Source of the DNA: a virus
Taxonomy: Duplodnaviria > Caudoviricetes
Virus record (IMG/VR): IMGVR_UViG_641736147_000004
Span: 40,088-104,087 of that record
DNA length: 64,000 nt
Direction: 5' to 3' (one strand)
Made by a program: the position numbers and the translations under genes. The stretch's first letter is position 1. Each line of letters begins with the position of its first letter. Positions 31,078 through 41,079 of the stretch are shown here, one piece after another. Below the pieces are notes generated by a model. It ran no database searches. It worked only from the letters and a program-made list of their open reading frames with translations, and was not told the origin of the DNA.

Positions 31078-31992
31078 TTATCTTGGATATGTAGCTTTTT
31101 TAGGTATCCATGCTTTTACACCATTAATATCTAATAGATAAAATTCTAACTTTTCATCTATTGCAGTAATAAATTGGTCTTTATAAAAATACTTGGATAT
31201 ATTCACAAACCCATCTCTAATTTGTATAGCGGGAGAATCATAAATCATTTTTAAAGGTAGTGGCTTAAATCTTCTATCCTCTAAATTACTAAGGATTTTA
31301 TTCCAAGTACTCTCGCCAACTATTCCATCCGCACTTAATTCGTTATTTCTTTGAAATGAAATAACTGCATTTTTAGTCCCTTGACCAAATATACCATCTG
31401 CATTTCCACAAGTATATCCTAATTTATTTAAATTAACTTGTAATTGTTTTACTTTATCTTCTTTACTTCCTATCTTTAGCAAACCAGAAGAACTATTAAC
31501 CGATGCATTAGATATTTTACTTTTGAAATCATTCCATAAACTAGGCGAATCCAACATTTTTCTAGGGCAATACTTTTTACAAGCATCGTAGTGTTTAACT
31601 ACTCTACTAGCAGGTATTTTAGTGGTAGATATTAAATATTTAGTTAACTCAATTGCATTTTGTCTTGCTTTAGAGTAATTACTGTCTTCATTGACACATA
31701 TTTCAATGCCAATAGAATTTTTATTCCCTATTCCACCAATTGGAGGAGTTCCATATTTAACACCTACGTGACTAGCTACAGTCCAATGTTCGTGTACTTG
31801 TACTATATTACTTTCATCTACATAATAATGTGCTGAACAAGATAAATTTCCATTTGCTAATGCTCTCGCATGGCATAAAGCGTTAGCCCCTTTATCTTCA
31901 TTGTCGGTTTCGTGTATAACTATCCATGTTGGATAATTAACACCACTTTGAGCACCATTACTAGTTACTTTTCTAATAATATTAACATCCAT
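31078..31992 (-). CDS. Endolysin: N-acetylmuramoyl-L-alanine amidase plus peptidoglycan-binding domain
   Basis: IVIHET, SAHYYVD, SIGIEIC, KHYD..K.CP; DGIFGQGTKNAVISFQ. Confidence 0.95.
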   Translation of the reverse strand: MDVNIIRKVTSNGAQSGVNYPTWIVIHETDNEDKGANALCHARALANGNLSCSAHYYVDESNIVQVHEHWTVASHVGVKYGTPPIGGIGNKNSIGIEICVNEDSNYSKARQNAIELTKYLISTTKIPASRVVKHYDACKKYCPRKMLDSPSLWNDFKSKISNASVNSSSGLLKIGSKEDKVKQLQVNLNKLGYTCGNADGIFGQGTKNAVISFQRNNELSADGIVGESTWNKILSNLEDRRFKPLPLKMIYDSPAIQIRDGFVNISKYFYKDQFITAIDEKLEFYLLDINGVKAWIPKKATYPR

Positions 31993-32055
31993 GACAGCGC
32001 ATCTCCTTTCTTTAAACTCTAAAATTAAAAAATAAGGGAGAACCTTTTAGCTCTC

Positions 32056-32295
32056 CTAGTTAATTTCAACTATTTCTATATTTCCATTATTTTTGATGTA
32101 TTTTATAGTAACATTATCTTTTAATTCCTTGTCTAACAGCTTAAAAGAAAAACCTTCTATTTGTATACAATTACCTTTGATATTCTTACTATTAAAGATA
32201 ATTGTATTTATATTTTTCTTTTTTTTACTATTTATTTTCTTACCGTCTATACTTTTTTCTATTGTGTTATCCTTGTTTTCTACTACAGTATCCAT
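32056..32295 (-). CDS. Hypothetical protein
   Basis: 79 aa in structural operon. Confidence 0.55.
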   Translation of the reverse strand: MDTVVENKDNTIEKSIDGKKINSKKKKNINTIIFNSKNIKGNCIQIEGFSFKLLDKELKDNVTIKYIKNNGNIEIVEIN

Positions 32296-32312
32296 AATCT
32301 TATCAACACCTT

Positions 32313-33104
32313 TTATTCTTCGTCCATTTCTATGTCAAACACAACCATATCTTTACCATTTGAAGGTTTTAAACACTCAAAATCAAATTTAAATGTTGAA
32401 GGATCTCCATCACCTTTCATATTTACACTAAATTTCCCTTCTAATTTAGCCTTTGGTATTGTGATGTGACAAGGTCTATCAATTCCATCCTCTGTTCTGA
32501 ACAACGTATCTGCTTCCAATGCAAATGTTTTAGGAAAATCATCACTTGTAATAGTCAAAGTAGTGACATTTGCTTCTGACATGTAATAATAATCTATAAG
32601 TATGGTTTTCCCTACTAAATCTTCATGAACAATAACTGTTTTATTATCACTCTTATCTATATCATATTCTTCAGATGTGGGACTTCCACTTGATTTTGCC
32701 TTTGTTAGTTCTTTTGATGGAATAGTACCGCTAATATCAGATAGTGCAACATAAAATATATGCTTCTTATCTACACTAGGTTCATGAGATAATATTACTT
32801 TTTTATTCTCATCCACCTCAAATTTCTCTTTTTTATGTATAACTTTCTTTTCTCTGCTTATCTTACTTCCTGAAAGAACAGCAAAAGATTCTGGAGATAA
32901 TAAAGCATCTTCATTCTTGAATTTTACGTCCTTCTTTCCGCTCCATCCTATGAGCTTAGGCATACCCTGTCCACCGACCGCATACACCGTATTAGACCCT
33001 ACTTCTATATTATTCATTTTTAATGTTTCTAAATATATTTTAGGTTTTTTATTTGCAATATCTTTTATAACAACATTGCATACTTCTCTTGAACCAAATC
33101 TCAT
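32313..33104 (-). CDS. Major tail tube protein
   Basis: YAVGGQGMPKLIGW...TITSDDFP...GDGDPSTFKFDF. Confidence 0.8.
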   Translation of the reverse strand: MRFGSREVCNVVIKDIANKKPKIYLETLKMNNIEVGSNTVYAVGGQGMPKLIGWSGKKDVKFKNEDALLSPESFAVLSGSKISREKKVIHKKEKFEVDENKKVILSHEPSVDKKHIFYVALSDISGTIPSKELTKAKSSGSPTSEEYDIDKSDNKTVIVHEDLVGKTILIDYYYMSEANVTTLTITSDDFPKTFALEADTLFRTEDGIDRPCHITIPKAKLEGKFSVNMKGDGDPSTFKFDFECLKPSNGKDMVVFDIEMDEE

Positions 33105-33119
33105 AAAATTTCCTCCTGT

Positions 33120-33860
33120 TTAATTTATTTTTTTTATAAATGTAGGATTTTCTCCTTCCATTTTTGCACCATGTAATAATGCTTGTATATTTACATCGTA
33201 TTGCTCTAATATTTGAATTCTTTGAAATTGATCGTTAAATTGAAACATGTTATAATTCCATACATCTAATAGGTTAGTATTATTATTGTAAGAACAATAA
33301 ATTGAAACCAAATCAAATAATGTTAAATTTAAGTTCTCTTTTGCTTTATTTAACTTTTCCTTACCCTTCTTCAGCTTTTCTAAAATTTCTCTGCCTTTTT
33401 TACTTTTAACATTGTAGCCATCTTCTTTTTTTTGTTCTATAGAATTTTGCACTTTAATTATTGTTTGTATACTTTTAAATATGTCATTTGTAATGATATT
33501 TTCTTTCAGAATTTCATTAACATATATTTTATTATCAAAAAAGTGCATTTTACTTCTTAAAAATAACGATAAGGCATTTAAAAACATAATTTTAAAATTT
33601 GCATCTTGAATACAACTATTAATTATAAAATCTAATGTAGTAATGTTAGCTAAAGATTGATAGTTATATTCAATATCCTTTAAATCTATGCATATGTAAT
33701 TCAAGGATTTATTATAAATATCATATCCTAATGTAGTAATTTCTTTAAGCGTTAGCGGGTATATAGTTATTGATTTAGTTATACTTATAGGTATATTAGC
33801 CAGTGTTTTTAGCTTGATATCATCAACGTCTACTTCAACTAAATTAGCATTTTTATTCAT
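33120..33860 (-). CDS. Phage structural/assembly protein
   Basis: Position; VWNYNMFQFNDQFQR...ALLHGAK pattern. Confidence 0.55.
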   Translation of the reverse strand: MNKNANLVEVDVDDIKLKTLANIPISITKSITIYPLTLKEITTLGYDIYNKSLNYICIDLKDIEYNYQSLANITTLDFIINSCIQDANFKIMFLNALSLFLRSKMHFFDNKIYVNEILKENIITNDIFKSIQTIIKVQNSIEQKKEDGYNVKSKKGREILEKLKKGKEKLNKAKENLNLTLFDLVSIYCSYNNNTNLLDVWNYNMFQFNDQFQRIQILEQYDVNIQALLHGAKMEGENPTFIKKIN

Positions 33861-33862
33861 AG

Positions 33863-34390
33863 CTATCTGAAGTCCTTTATAAAGTATCTTAAACTATATC
33901 CAACCATGTCATTAGTCATAATTATATTCCAACTTAGCTTATTTAGATCTCCTACTCCTAAACCATGCGCTCCTGTCAAAGTCTTTTGTATCTCATACTT
34001 AATTTCTAAATCCCTTCTGCCTTTATTAATAAGAAGAATATCCTTGTCGTTACTAACTAATATATCTATTTGTAAGGTAGAGTCTTGGAATACCCCTCCT
34101 TGTTCTCTACCATCAATCCAATTTACATAAATACGGCTTCCTTTAACCGTAGTTGTATTTATATCTTTTGGATAAGGAAATATATATTCATTAATAATAG
34201 GATTTTTCTTACTTATTTCAATACCTTCAGCCTTAAACGGTTGATTATTAGGGATAGTTAACAATTTTAATAAATTTTGATTATCCATTAATGTATAAAC
34301 TACATCAAAAAGATATTTGTTTAAAGTACAACTATCTTTTAACTCTAATCCATGTTTAAATTCACTATCTTTATAAGTTGTAATTGGCAT
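33863..34390 (-). CDS. Putative tail terminator
   Basis: 175 aa; position in neck/tail cluster. Confidence 0.45.
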   Translation of the reverse strand: MPITTYKDSEFKHGLELKDSCTLNKYLFDVVYTLMDNQNLLKLLTIPNNQPFKAEGIEISKKNPIINEYIFPYPKDINTTTVKGSRIYVNWIDGREQGGVFQDSTLQIDILVSNDKDILLINKGRRDLEIKYEIQKTLTGAHGLGVGDLNKLSWNIIMTNDMVGYSLRYFIKDFR

Positions 34391-34405
34391 TTAATCAACT
34401 CCATT

Positions 34406-35290
34406 CTATTCAGCTAATAAAGGTTCGGTATAGAATTCTAATAGTCCCATTGAACTTGTATCTGAGCTAGATATTAAAGTCTTCATTAATGTCATCATTT
34501 TAGCTTCATCTACAGGCAAACTTTTATATATATAAAAATCTTTTAAATTATCATATACAGTTAGTAAAAATTCACCTTCAACTACTTTTACAGAATCTTT
34601 TAATCTATAGATTACATCAAAGTATTGAAATCTTTTCTTAATCTCTTCTAATGTAAGACTTAAAGGTTTTGTAACTATCTTTTTAACAGTTTTAATTATG
34701 GTTTTAGTTTTCACCTCCCCTTCTGGACTAATAACAGTTGCAGATAATTGACTTACAGTAGGTGCTTCAACACTTCTTGATTTTGCTACTATTTCAGTAT
34801 GCTCATTATCTTTTGAAGTATCATGTTCAGCAGTTACTCCTTTACCTGAGTCTTCTTTTGCCTTATTTTTTTCATCTTCAGTCTGAGTGCCTGCCTCTTT
34901 GCTCTCTACCTTACTGTCATTTTTAACAGCAGGTTGCAATTCAGTCATTGGAATACTATTATCGGGAACTTCTTCTTTCACTTGTTCCTCAACTTCAACT
35001 TTCTCAGTTTTAGCAATTACTAAATAAATAGTATTACTAGCATCAACGGCAAATTTACCTATGCTGGCCTCACTATCTATTTCAGCCATAGGTATTTCTT
35101 CAAGTTGTTTACCGTCGTTATCAAATATTTCTACAAAATGATTAACAATACTTGAATTAGGCTCACAAATTGATGGTAATGGTTTTAATTTTGCTACTGC
35201 TACATTTGTATAAGTTACAGTATCTAAACTTAGAATATCATCCTTAGTAATATGCCATCTTTTCTTTTTTCCGTCTATCATGTACAACAC
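34406..35290 (-). CDS. Hypothetical virion-operon protein with low-complexity acidic insert
   Basis: Central E/K/S/T-rich stretch between globular parts. Confidence 0.55.
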   Translation of the reverse strand: MLYMIDGKKKRWHITKDDILSLDTVTYTNVAVAKLKPLPSICEPNSSIVNHFVEIFDNDGKQLEEIPMAEIDSEASIGKFAVDASNTIYLVIAKTEKVEVEEQVKEEVPDNSIPMTELQPAVKNDSKVESKEAGTQTEDEKNKAKEDSGKGVTAEHDTSKDNEHTEIVAKSRSVEAPTVSQLSATVISPEGEVKTKTIIKTVKKIVTKPLSLTLEEIKKRFQYFDVIYRLKDSVKVVEGEFLLTVYDNLKDFYIYKSLPVDEAKMMTLMKTLISSSDTSSMGLLEFYTEPLLAE

Positions 35291-35331
35291 CTTCCATTTG
35301 TTTTATTTTTTTAATTTGTTCTATATTTATT

Positions 35332-36546
35332 TTAATTATAATCTGATATCCAAGCAGACATAATCTCAATCTTTTTAATTTCTTCATTGTCTATTCTATT
35401 TTTACAATGTAACAATACTATTCCTTCATCTTGATTACGGTTTGCTTCTATAGTACAAGTACAGTTTTCTTTATCAACTTTTATAATCTTAGCTAATTTA
35501 GTTTTTTTACCATTCTCATCAGTTAAAGTGAATTCACATACATCATTATATGGTTCTCCATTATCTACAAATGTAACTTTATATGTAGCCTTGCGACCCC
35601 ATGGAAGAGTTAATTTACCCTCAATCTGAGTTGTAAAATTATTAGTTTGATTCTCTAATATATGAACATCTACCGTCTTTTGGATTCCTTCATATTCAAT
35701 TGTAAGCTCGCAAGTTCCATATTTTAACCCTACTATTTTATGGCCTTCAATTTTAGCTATTTCTTCATTTGAAATAGCATATTTTAATATAGGGTTTTCA
35801 ACTTTCTTATCATTCTTAAAGCATTGAATATCAAGGGTCGTAGTTGTCCCCAAAGTTGATAAAATTGGGTTTTTATTTAGTATTTTTAAATCATAATGAT
35901 TTTGATATTTATAATAATCTGCTATGCCTAATTCACGATTATCAGTATTATTATTAATCTTATCTTGTTCGCACATTATGGTTAATAAACCTTTATAATC
36001 TTCATTTATAAAAGTAACTTTCCAACAATGTCTATTAATTATTAATCTCATATCTTCATATATAGTTTGAGTCACTTCATTAAGAGGCAATATAATACTT
36101 TCTTTAGAATTACCCCATTGTTTATATTTATCCTCTGTAACACCTGTAGTATACAACTGTTCATTGTTTATCAATGCTACATGTGTTTGAATTTGACCAT
36201 CTTTAGATATCCATTTTAATAAGTGATTAAATTTTCTCATTTTAGAAGTATTATAAAACGGATTATCTCTATCTATATCAGAAATAACCATATAATCTTC
36301 ATTCATATAATTAATCATATGTCCTCTACTAATTTCAATACCCTTAGATGAAATTACATATCTTTCTTCCTTAAATTCACTAGTAGGATTACTATGGTTT
36401 CTTACTATAACATTTTGTTTATTTCCTTCAATTAATACATTTGTGCCTTCGGACTTTAATTGTTGTTTAAATAATTTGTACGCGCTCCATTTTACTTTAT
36501 CAACCGTGGAAGAACGATAATTACTATAATCTTTCATATATATCAT
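35332..36546 (-). CDS. Head-tail joining protein with Ig-like domains
   Basis: Position; YAISNEEIAKIEG..GLKYGTCELTI (Big_2-like). Confidence 0.6.
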   Translation of the reverse strand: MIYMKDYSNYRSSTVDKVKWSAYKLFKQQLKSEGTNVLIEGNKQNVIVRNHSNPTSEFKEERYVISSKGIEISRGHMINYMNEDYMVISDIDRDNPFYNTSKMRKFNHLLKWISKDGQIQTHVALINNEQLYTTGVTEDKYKQWGNSKESIILPLNEVTQTIYEDMRLIINRHCWKVTFINEDYKGLLTIMCEQDKINNNTDNRELGIADYYKYQNHYDLKILNKNPILSTLGTTTTLDIQCFKNDKKVENPILKYAISNEEIAKIEGHKIVGLKYGTCELTIEYEGIQKTVDVHILENQTNNFTTQIEGKLTLPWGRKATYKVTFVDNGEPYNDVCEFTLTDENGKKTKLAKIIKVDKENCTCTIEANRNQDEGIVLLHCKNRIDNEEIKKIEIMSAWISDYN

Positions 36547-36551
36547 ACTCC

Positions 36552-36968
36552 CTAGTTATAATCAAAATTTTCCATATTGTTTAGCAATTCATTTATTTTA
36601 TTTCTAGTCCTTGCCAAAGTTGATTCTCTTCCTTGTAATTGTTCTCTGTAGAATTTCTGACCAACTTCTTTTTGAAATGGTTGCCATAGTTCTTCAAATT
36701 CAATTAGTTCATTTTCTAAATATGAATATCTTAAACAATAAGCTAATAATAATAATTGTGTATTATCTAAAGAAATATTCACTTGTTCTTTTTCATCATC
36801 ATATTTTAAAGTAGTATCAGATTCATCAATTGAAGTGTTGTAATGTATAATTGCATTATGTATCAGTTGATACTTGCCTTCATTTGACTTTGGTAAATTA
36901 TCCGTATCTATACCACAATTGTCAAGAAAACAAGTGAATATTTCATCATAAGAAGTATATGAGGTCAC
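36552..36968 (-). CDS. Putative head-tail adaptor
   Basis: MTSYTSYDEIF; 138 aa; position after capsid genes. Confidence 0.55.
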   Translation of the reverse strand: MTSYTSYDEIFTCFLDNCGIDTDNLPKSNEGKYQLIHNAIIHYNTSIDESDTTLKYDDEKEQVNISLDNTQLLLLAYCLRYSYLENELIEFEELWQPFQKEVGQKFYREQLQGRESTLARTRNKINELLNNMENFDYN

Positions 36969-36986
36969 TTAAATCACCTCACTTTA

Positions 36987-37514
36987 TTATTTTTCATACA
37001 TTTCTTTTAAATTGTTGTCAAAGAATAAATCAGAATTTTCATATTCTAATCCTGCCCATTCACAAATTACTTTTCTTTTAGCACTAGAATCTATTCCTTC
37101 ATCAACTGCAACAGAAACAATATATTTTTTAACATCTTCTGCAATTATTTCTGATTTACCTTCTGTTAATTCATTTAATGCTTTTTTCAAAACTAAATGA
37201 TTACCAGTAGTAAATAAATCAATAACTTCTTTTCTAGTCATAATCGAACTTTCTGCTTGTTCGATCTCAGGAATGTTTTCCTTAACTAATTTAATATCTT
37301 CATCTTGTGTTTCCTTTATTATTAAAGCTCCTGTTTGAAATACTACTGTTTCATTTTGTAAATAATCAAACACATCAAATGGTACAGGTCTTTCATTTAA
37401 TACAGTACCTTTTGTACCTTGCCATGTATATGTAGTAGTAGTTCCATCATGTGGATAATTTACTATAAAAGGTGTTCCTTGTTTTCTTATTAATATAACT
37501 TTTTTATCTTCCAT
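36987..37514 (-). CDS. Conserved phage protein downstream of capsid
   Basis: 175 aa, synteny with SPbeta-like head module. Confidence 0.55.
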   Translation of the reverse strand: MEDKKVILIRKQGTPFIVNYPHDGTTTTYTWQGTKGTVLNERPVPFDVFDYLQNETVVFQTGALIIKETQDEDIKLVKENIPEIEQAESSIMTRKEVIDLFTTGNHLVLKKALNELTEGKSEIIAEDVKKYIVSVAVDEGIDSSAKRKVICEWAGLEYENSDLFFDNNLKEMYEK

Positions 37515-37596
37515 TAATATCTTCCTTTCTTTTTAAATAATTTTAATTAAATTTTAAAGAAGGGACATTAATCCCTTCTTAGTTGTTTTAAATGAA

Positions 37597-38649
37597 TTAT
37601 AGTTTTATTGCTTTATCACATATATATCCCATTGCTTGTCCTGTAAGTAAAGTTACATCTAATCTGTAGTCAATTTTCATATATACAGTTTCATTTTCAA
37701 TTGATGGCATATCTTGTGCAGTTCTTAATCCACCAAATTCAGTGATTTTAAATGGTGATTTCTTACCACCTGCCAACATCACTCCTTCATTCACAGGTAA
37801 ATCTACTTTGGAATTTTTATCATCTATAAATGGATTATCTGTAGGTATACAAGTAGTTCTTGACACTTTATCTATATTTATATCTCTTAATAATGAATTC
37901 TTTAATTCATCTGATAAAAATATATTTTTAATTCCACCAACTTCGGCAGAACCTTGTGCCAAAGCTAAGGCATCTATCAAATTAATATCAGCTATTAGAA
38001 CAGGTGTTACTCTACCATATCTTAAAAGATTATTTTCTATAATTCTAAAATCTGTTAGTTTGATATTTGATCCATCCCAAACTTGTTTCGCTGGAATTTT
38101 AACAGCCTTGACAGCTTTTCTAGTAGCTTCCATTATCTTTTTGAATAAATATTTTACTTTGTATTCTTGAACATAATTAACCGCATTTCTAAATTCATTG
38201 ACAGGATCAGAAATCATTCTATCTATATTATAGTAAACACCAAATTGATGGTTTTCTGGTCTCGCAGATATCTCTTGCATATAAGGTGAAATTCTTACAA
38301 AGTCTACTCCTGAAGCAGTAGCACTTAAAGCCATAGAAATTCTTGCTTGTTTTTCTAATACATATTTTTTTGTATCATATCTACCTACTTTTGAATAATC
38401 AGATATAGCATCTAATATAGGTTTAATTTGTGCTTCAGCTTGTTTATCAGCTACCTCTACTATTAATGCATTAAAACTTCTTAATTCTTCCATGTTTCTT
38501 ACTTCACCATTTGAAGTAAATACTTTACTACATAAAGCTTTTATGGCTTCTTCATCTGATAATATAGTCTTACCTCTTTCGTCCTTCTTTTCTATCATTT
38601 TATTGTTATAAACTCTTGTTGCTAATTCCTTCATTTTATTAAAATCCAT
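37597..38649 (-). CDS. Major capsid protein
   Basis: 350 aa, highly expressed codon usage, position after scaffold and decoration genes. Confidence 0.75.
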   Translation of the reverse strand: MDFNKMKELATRVYNNKMIEKKDERGKTILSDEEAIKALCSKVFTSNGEVRNMEELRSFNALIVEVADKQAEAQIKPILDAISDYSKVGRYDTKKYVLEKQARISMALSATASGVDFVRISPYMQEISARPENHQFGVYYNIDRMISDPVNEFRNAVNYVQEYKVKYLFKKIMEATRKAVKAVKIPAKQVWDGSNIKLTDFRIIENNLLRYGRVTPVLIADINLIDALALAQGSAEVGGIKNIFLSDELKNSLLRDINIDKVSRTTCIPTDNPFIDDKNSKVDLPVNEGVMLAGGKKSPFKITEFGGLRTAQDMPSIENETVYMKIDYRLDVTLLTGQAMGYICDKAIKL

Positions 38650-38705
38650 ATGTATAAATCCTCCTTAGATTCATGTTTATATTAATTGTTTGATTTAATT
38701 TTATA

Positions 38706-39251
38706 TTATTTGCATTCTAATCTTACTGTTTGCTTATCAAAAGCAAATCCAAAATCAGTATTTACACCTACCACTTCAAATTTATTAACAGCATTAGCAT
38801 AATCAGCATGTGCAGAAGACGCATCAGAAACTATATATTTCTTTTTAGTTGTATCAAAGTGTGCCACCATTCCTTGTTTAGATTCTTTTACTCCTGAATT
38901 TAACTCTATTGCAGATGTTTCAAATCTAACTCCTGTTTCAAGCCTTGTGAGTCTTACCATTTCACCATTTGCATTAAAGAAATCTACGTAAGTTTCTCCT
39001 TCCATAAGTTGCTCTTCTTCAACTGTTGTTAATAAATATCCTTGTTTCTTTGTATCTGATAAAGGTTTGCAAGTTAAATTTCCTTCTTCATCGTATTCTC
39101 CTAGTTCAATTAATGTAAAATTGTCTATTTCATCTTTTTCTCCACAAACTAATTTTGCACCATTAACTACATGTTTTGCCCATATAGTATTTAAATTTCC
39201 TACTTCATGATTTCCTCTTGAATACATTGCTTTGTATAATCTTGTTGCCAT
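38706..39251 (-). CDS. Putative head decoration protein
   Basis: 181 aa between scaffold and capsid; FFNANGEMVR. Confidence 0.6.
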   Translation of the reverse strand: MATRLYKAMYSRGNHEVGNLNTIWAKHVVNGAKLVCGEKDEIDNFTLIELGEYDEEGNLTCKPLSDTKKQGYLLTTVEEEQLMEGETYVDFFNANGEMVRLTRLETGVRFETSAIELNSGVKESKQGMVAHFDTTKKKYIVSDASSAHADYANAVNKFEVVGVNTDFGFAFDKQTVRLECK

Positions 39252-39296
39252 AGTATTGCCTCCTTTTGACTACCTTTTAATTTTAATTTATTTATA

Positions 39297-40868
39297 CTAT
39301 TTTTTAAATCCATAAAATTCTTCAAACTCATCTACACTTTTATTTAAATATTCATTGTTTGTACATGGTTCAGTTATGGAATTTATGCTTAATTTAGGTT
39401 CTGCTGTTACTTTGTCGTCTGATTGTATTGGTACAATTTTTGATACAATCATATTATTTAAAGAGAATTTAGCTTTTTCAGCTTCATCTTCTTTAGAATT
39501 TATTGATTGTTTAATTAAGTTTTGGACATCTTCTTTTTCAAAATCTTCTAAAGCATCTACACTTTTAAATTTCTCTTTATAATATGTAGTAGCACTATTT
39601 AATTGTTTTTGATATTGTTCCTCATGATACTTGTCCACTATTGGTTGCATTTCTTTAACCTTTGCATTTAAAGAAGTTAAAGTATTTGTTAATTCATTAA
39701 ACTTTTTAACTGTAGACTGGTCTTCCTCTTGTTTAGATGTAGCCTTAGAATTTAATGATTTAATAGTATCTTCTTTTGAGTTTAATTGTTTTTCTAATTC
39801 TCCTATCTTATCATTAGCAGTTTTTAATTCAGTTTCTTTCTCTTTTAAAGCATTTGTTGATTTTTGAACTTCTGATACAGCTACCCAATCATCAGAATGT
39901 TTAACTTGCACCTTTTTATCATATGAAATTACAACATCATCATTCTCAATTGTATAAGGCACTTTATAATTTACCCATTTATCTCCTTCATAGTTTTCAT
40001 ATACAAAATAGTTTTCAGTTGGGTATATTGCATAACTACCTACCCATACATTATAATATTCATCTGCTGTCATTACTTTGCTTAAAGCATCCATTATCTT
40101 ACTTCTGATATCTCCTAATGATATTAAATTAAGAGATTTTATAAAAGCATTTTCCACAATATCATCCTCCTTATTTGTAGAATTATTTTGTTTTTTAATC
40201 ACTTGATTAATAGCTTTGTTCCATGTCTTTTTTTCATTTAAACTTAATAATTGTGCTGAATCATATGCAGGTTCTATTTCTATACAATCACCCCTGTCTT
40301 CTGAATTTAAAAGTGTATGAGCTGTATATAAAATAGGACTTTGTATATGCTCAATTCCGTCTATCATATTGTAATTACAATATAAAAATTCAACGGACAT
40401 ATGTATTTTGACACCATTGTTAAGCCATTCCATAAGTAACCCTGTAACATCTTGATATTTGTCATCATTCCAAATGACTACGTCGCCATACAACACTCTT
40501 TTGGTATTACCGTTTTCATCAGTAAAATCATCAATATAAACATTTTCAATGAAACCTATTGCAATAGTATCTGTAATTACTACGTCTTTTCCATTTCTAT
40601 TTTTACTTTCCTTTGATTCATGTTCTCCCAATGCATCAATGCCGTTATTTTCTTCATTACTTATGTATTTACATACAATTCTTTTGCCTATTAAAGTATT
40701 CATATTTTCAGCACAAACTTCTTCGCTAATAATTTGATTATTCCAAGATTTTTCAAAATCATGTATAATAACCGTACCTTTTAATAAAGTAGGGTCTTCT
40801 TGATTAATTTCTATACTATTAAATTGTGCTTTAAATATAGACTTCTTTTGTTCTTGATTTTCTATCAT
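39297..40868 (-). CDS. Prohead protease/scaffold protein
   Basis: HMSVE and PAYDSA protease-like motifs; C-terminal coiled coil. Confidence 0.75.
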   Translation of the reverse strand: MIENQEQKKSIFKAQFNSIEINQEDPTLLKGTVIIHDFEKSWNNQIISEEVCAENMNTLIGKRIVCKYISNEENNGIDALGEHESKESKNRNGKDVVITDTIAIGFIENVYIDDFTDENGNTKRVLYGDVVIWNDDKYQDVTGLLMEWLNNGVKIHMSVEFLYCNYNMIDGIEHIQSPILYTAHTLLNSEDRGDCIEIEPAYDSAQLLSLNEKKTWNKAINQVIKKQNNSTNKEDDIVENAFIKSLNLISLGDIRSKIMDALSKVMTADEYYNVWVGSYAIYPTENYFVYENYEGDKWVNYKVPYTIENDDVVISYDKKVQVKHSDDWVAVSEVQKSTNALKEKETELKTANDKIGELEKQLNSKEDTIKSLNSKATSKQEEDQSTVKKFNELTNTLTSLNAKVKEMQPIVDKYHEEQYQKQLNSATTYYKEKFKSVDALEDFEKEDVQNLIKQSINSKEDEAEKAKFSLNNMIVSKIVPIQSDDKVTAEPKLSINSITEPCTNNEYLNKSVDEFEEFYGFKK

Positions 40869-40905
40869 CTAGCTTATCACCTCCTTTCAAAGATATTAAA
40901 TTTTA

Positions 40906-41052
40906 TTATCTTGCTAAATACCATTTTTTAATTTCATCTTTTGATTTATCTTTTAAATTATTAAACAATTCATCTTTTATAACTAATTTTTTACCATTAT
41001 TAGATATTAAGATAGAACCATTATTTTTAACTATTATAATATTATCTTTCAT
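40906..41052 (-). CDS. Small hypothetical protein (48 aa, MKDNIIIVKNNG...KWYLAR)
   Basis: Hand-translated; SD GAAAGGA; fills the gap between portal and protease. Confidence 0.55.
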   Translation of the reverse strand: MKDNIIIVKNNGSILISNNGKKLVIKDELFNNLKDKSKDEIKKWYLAR

Positions 41053-41079
41053 TTATAATTTCCTTTCTAAACATTTTAC

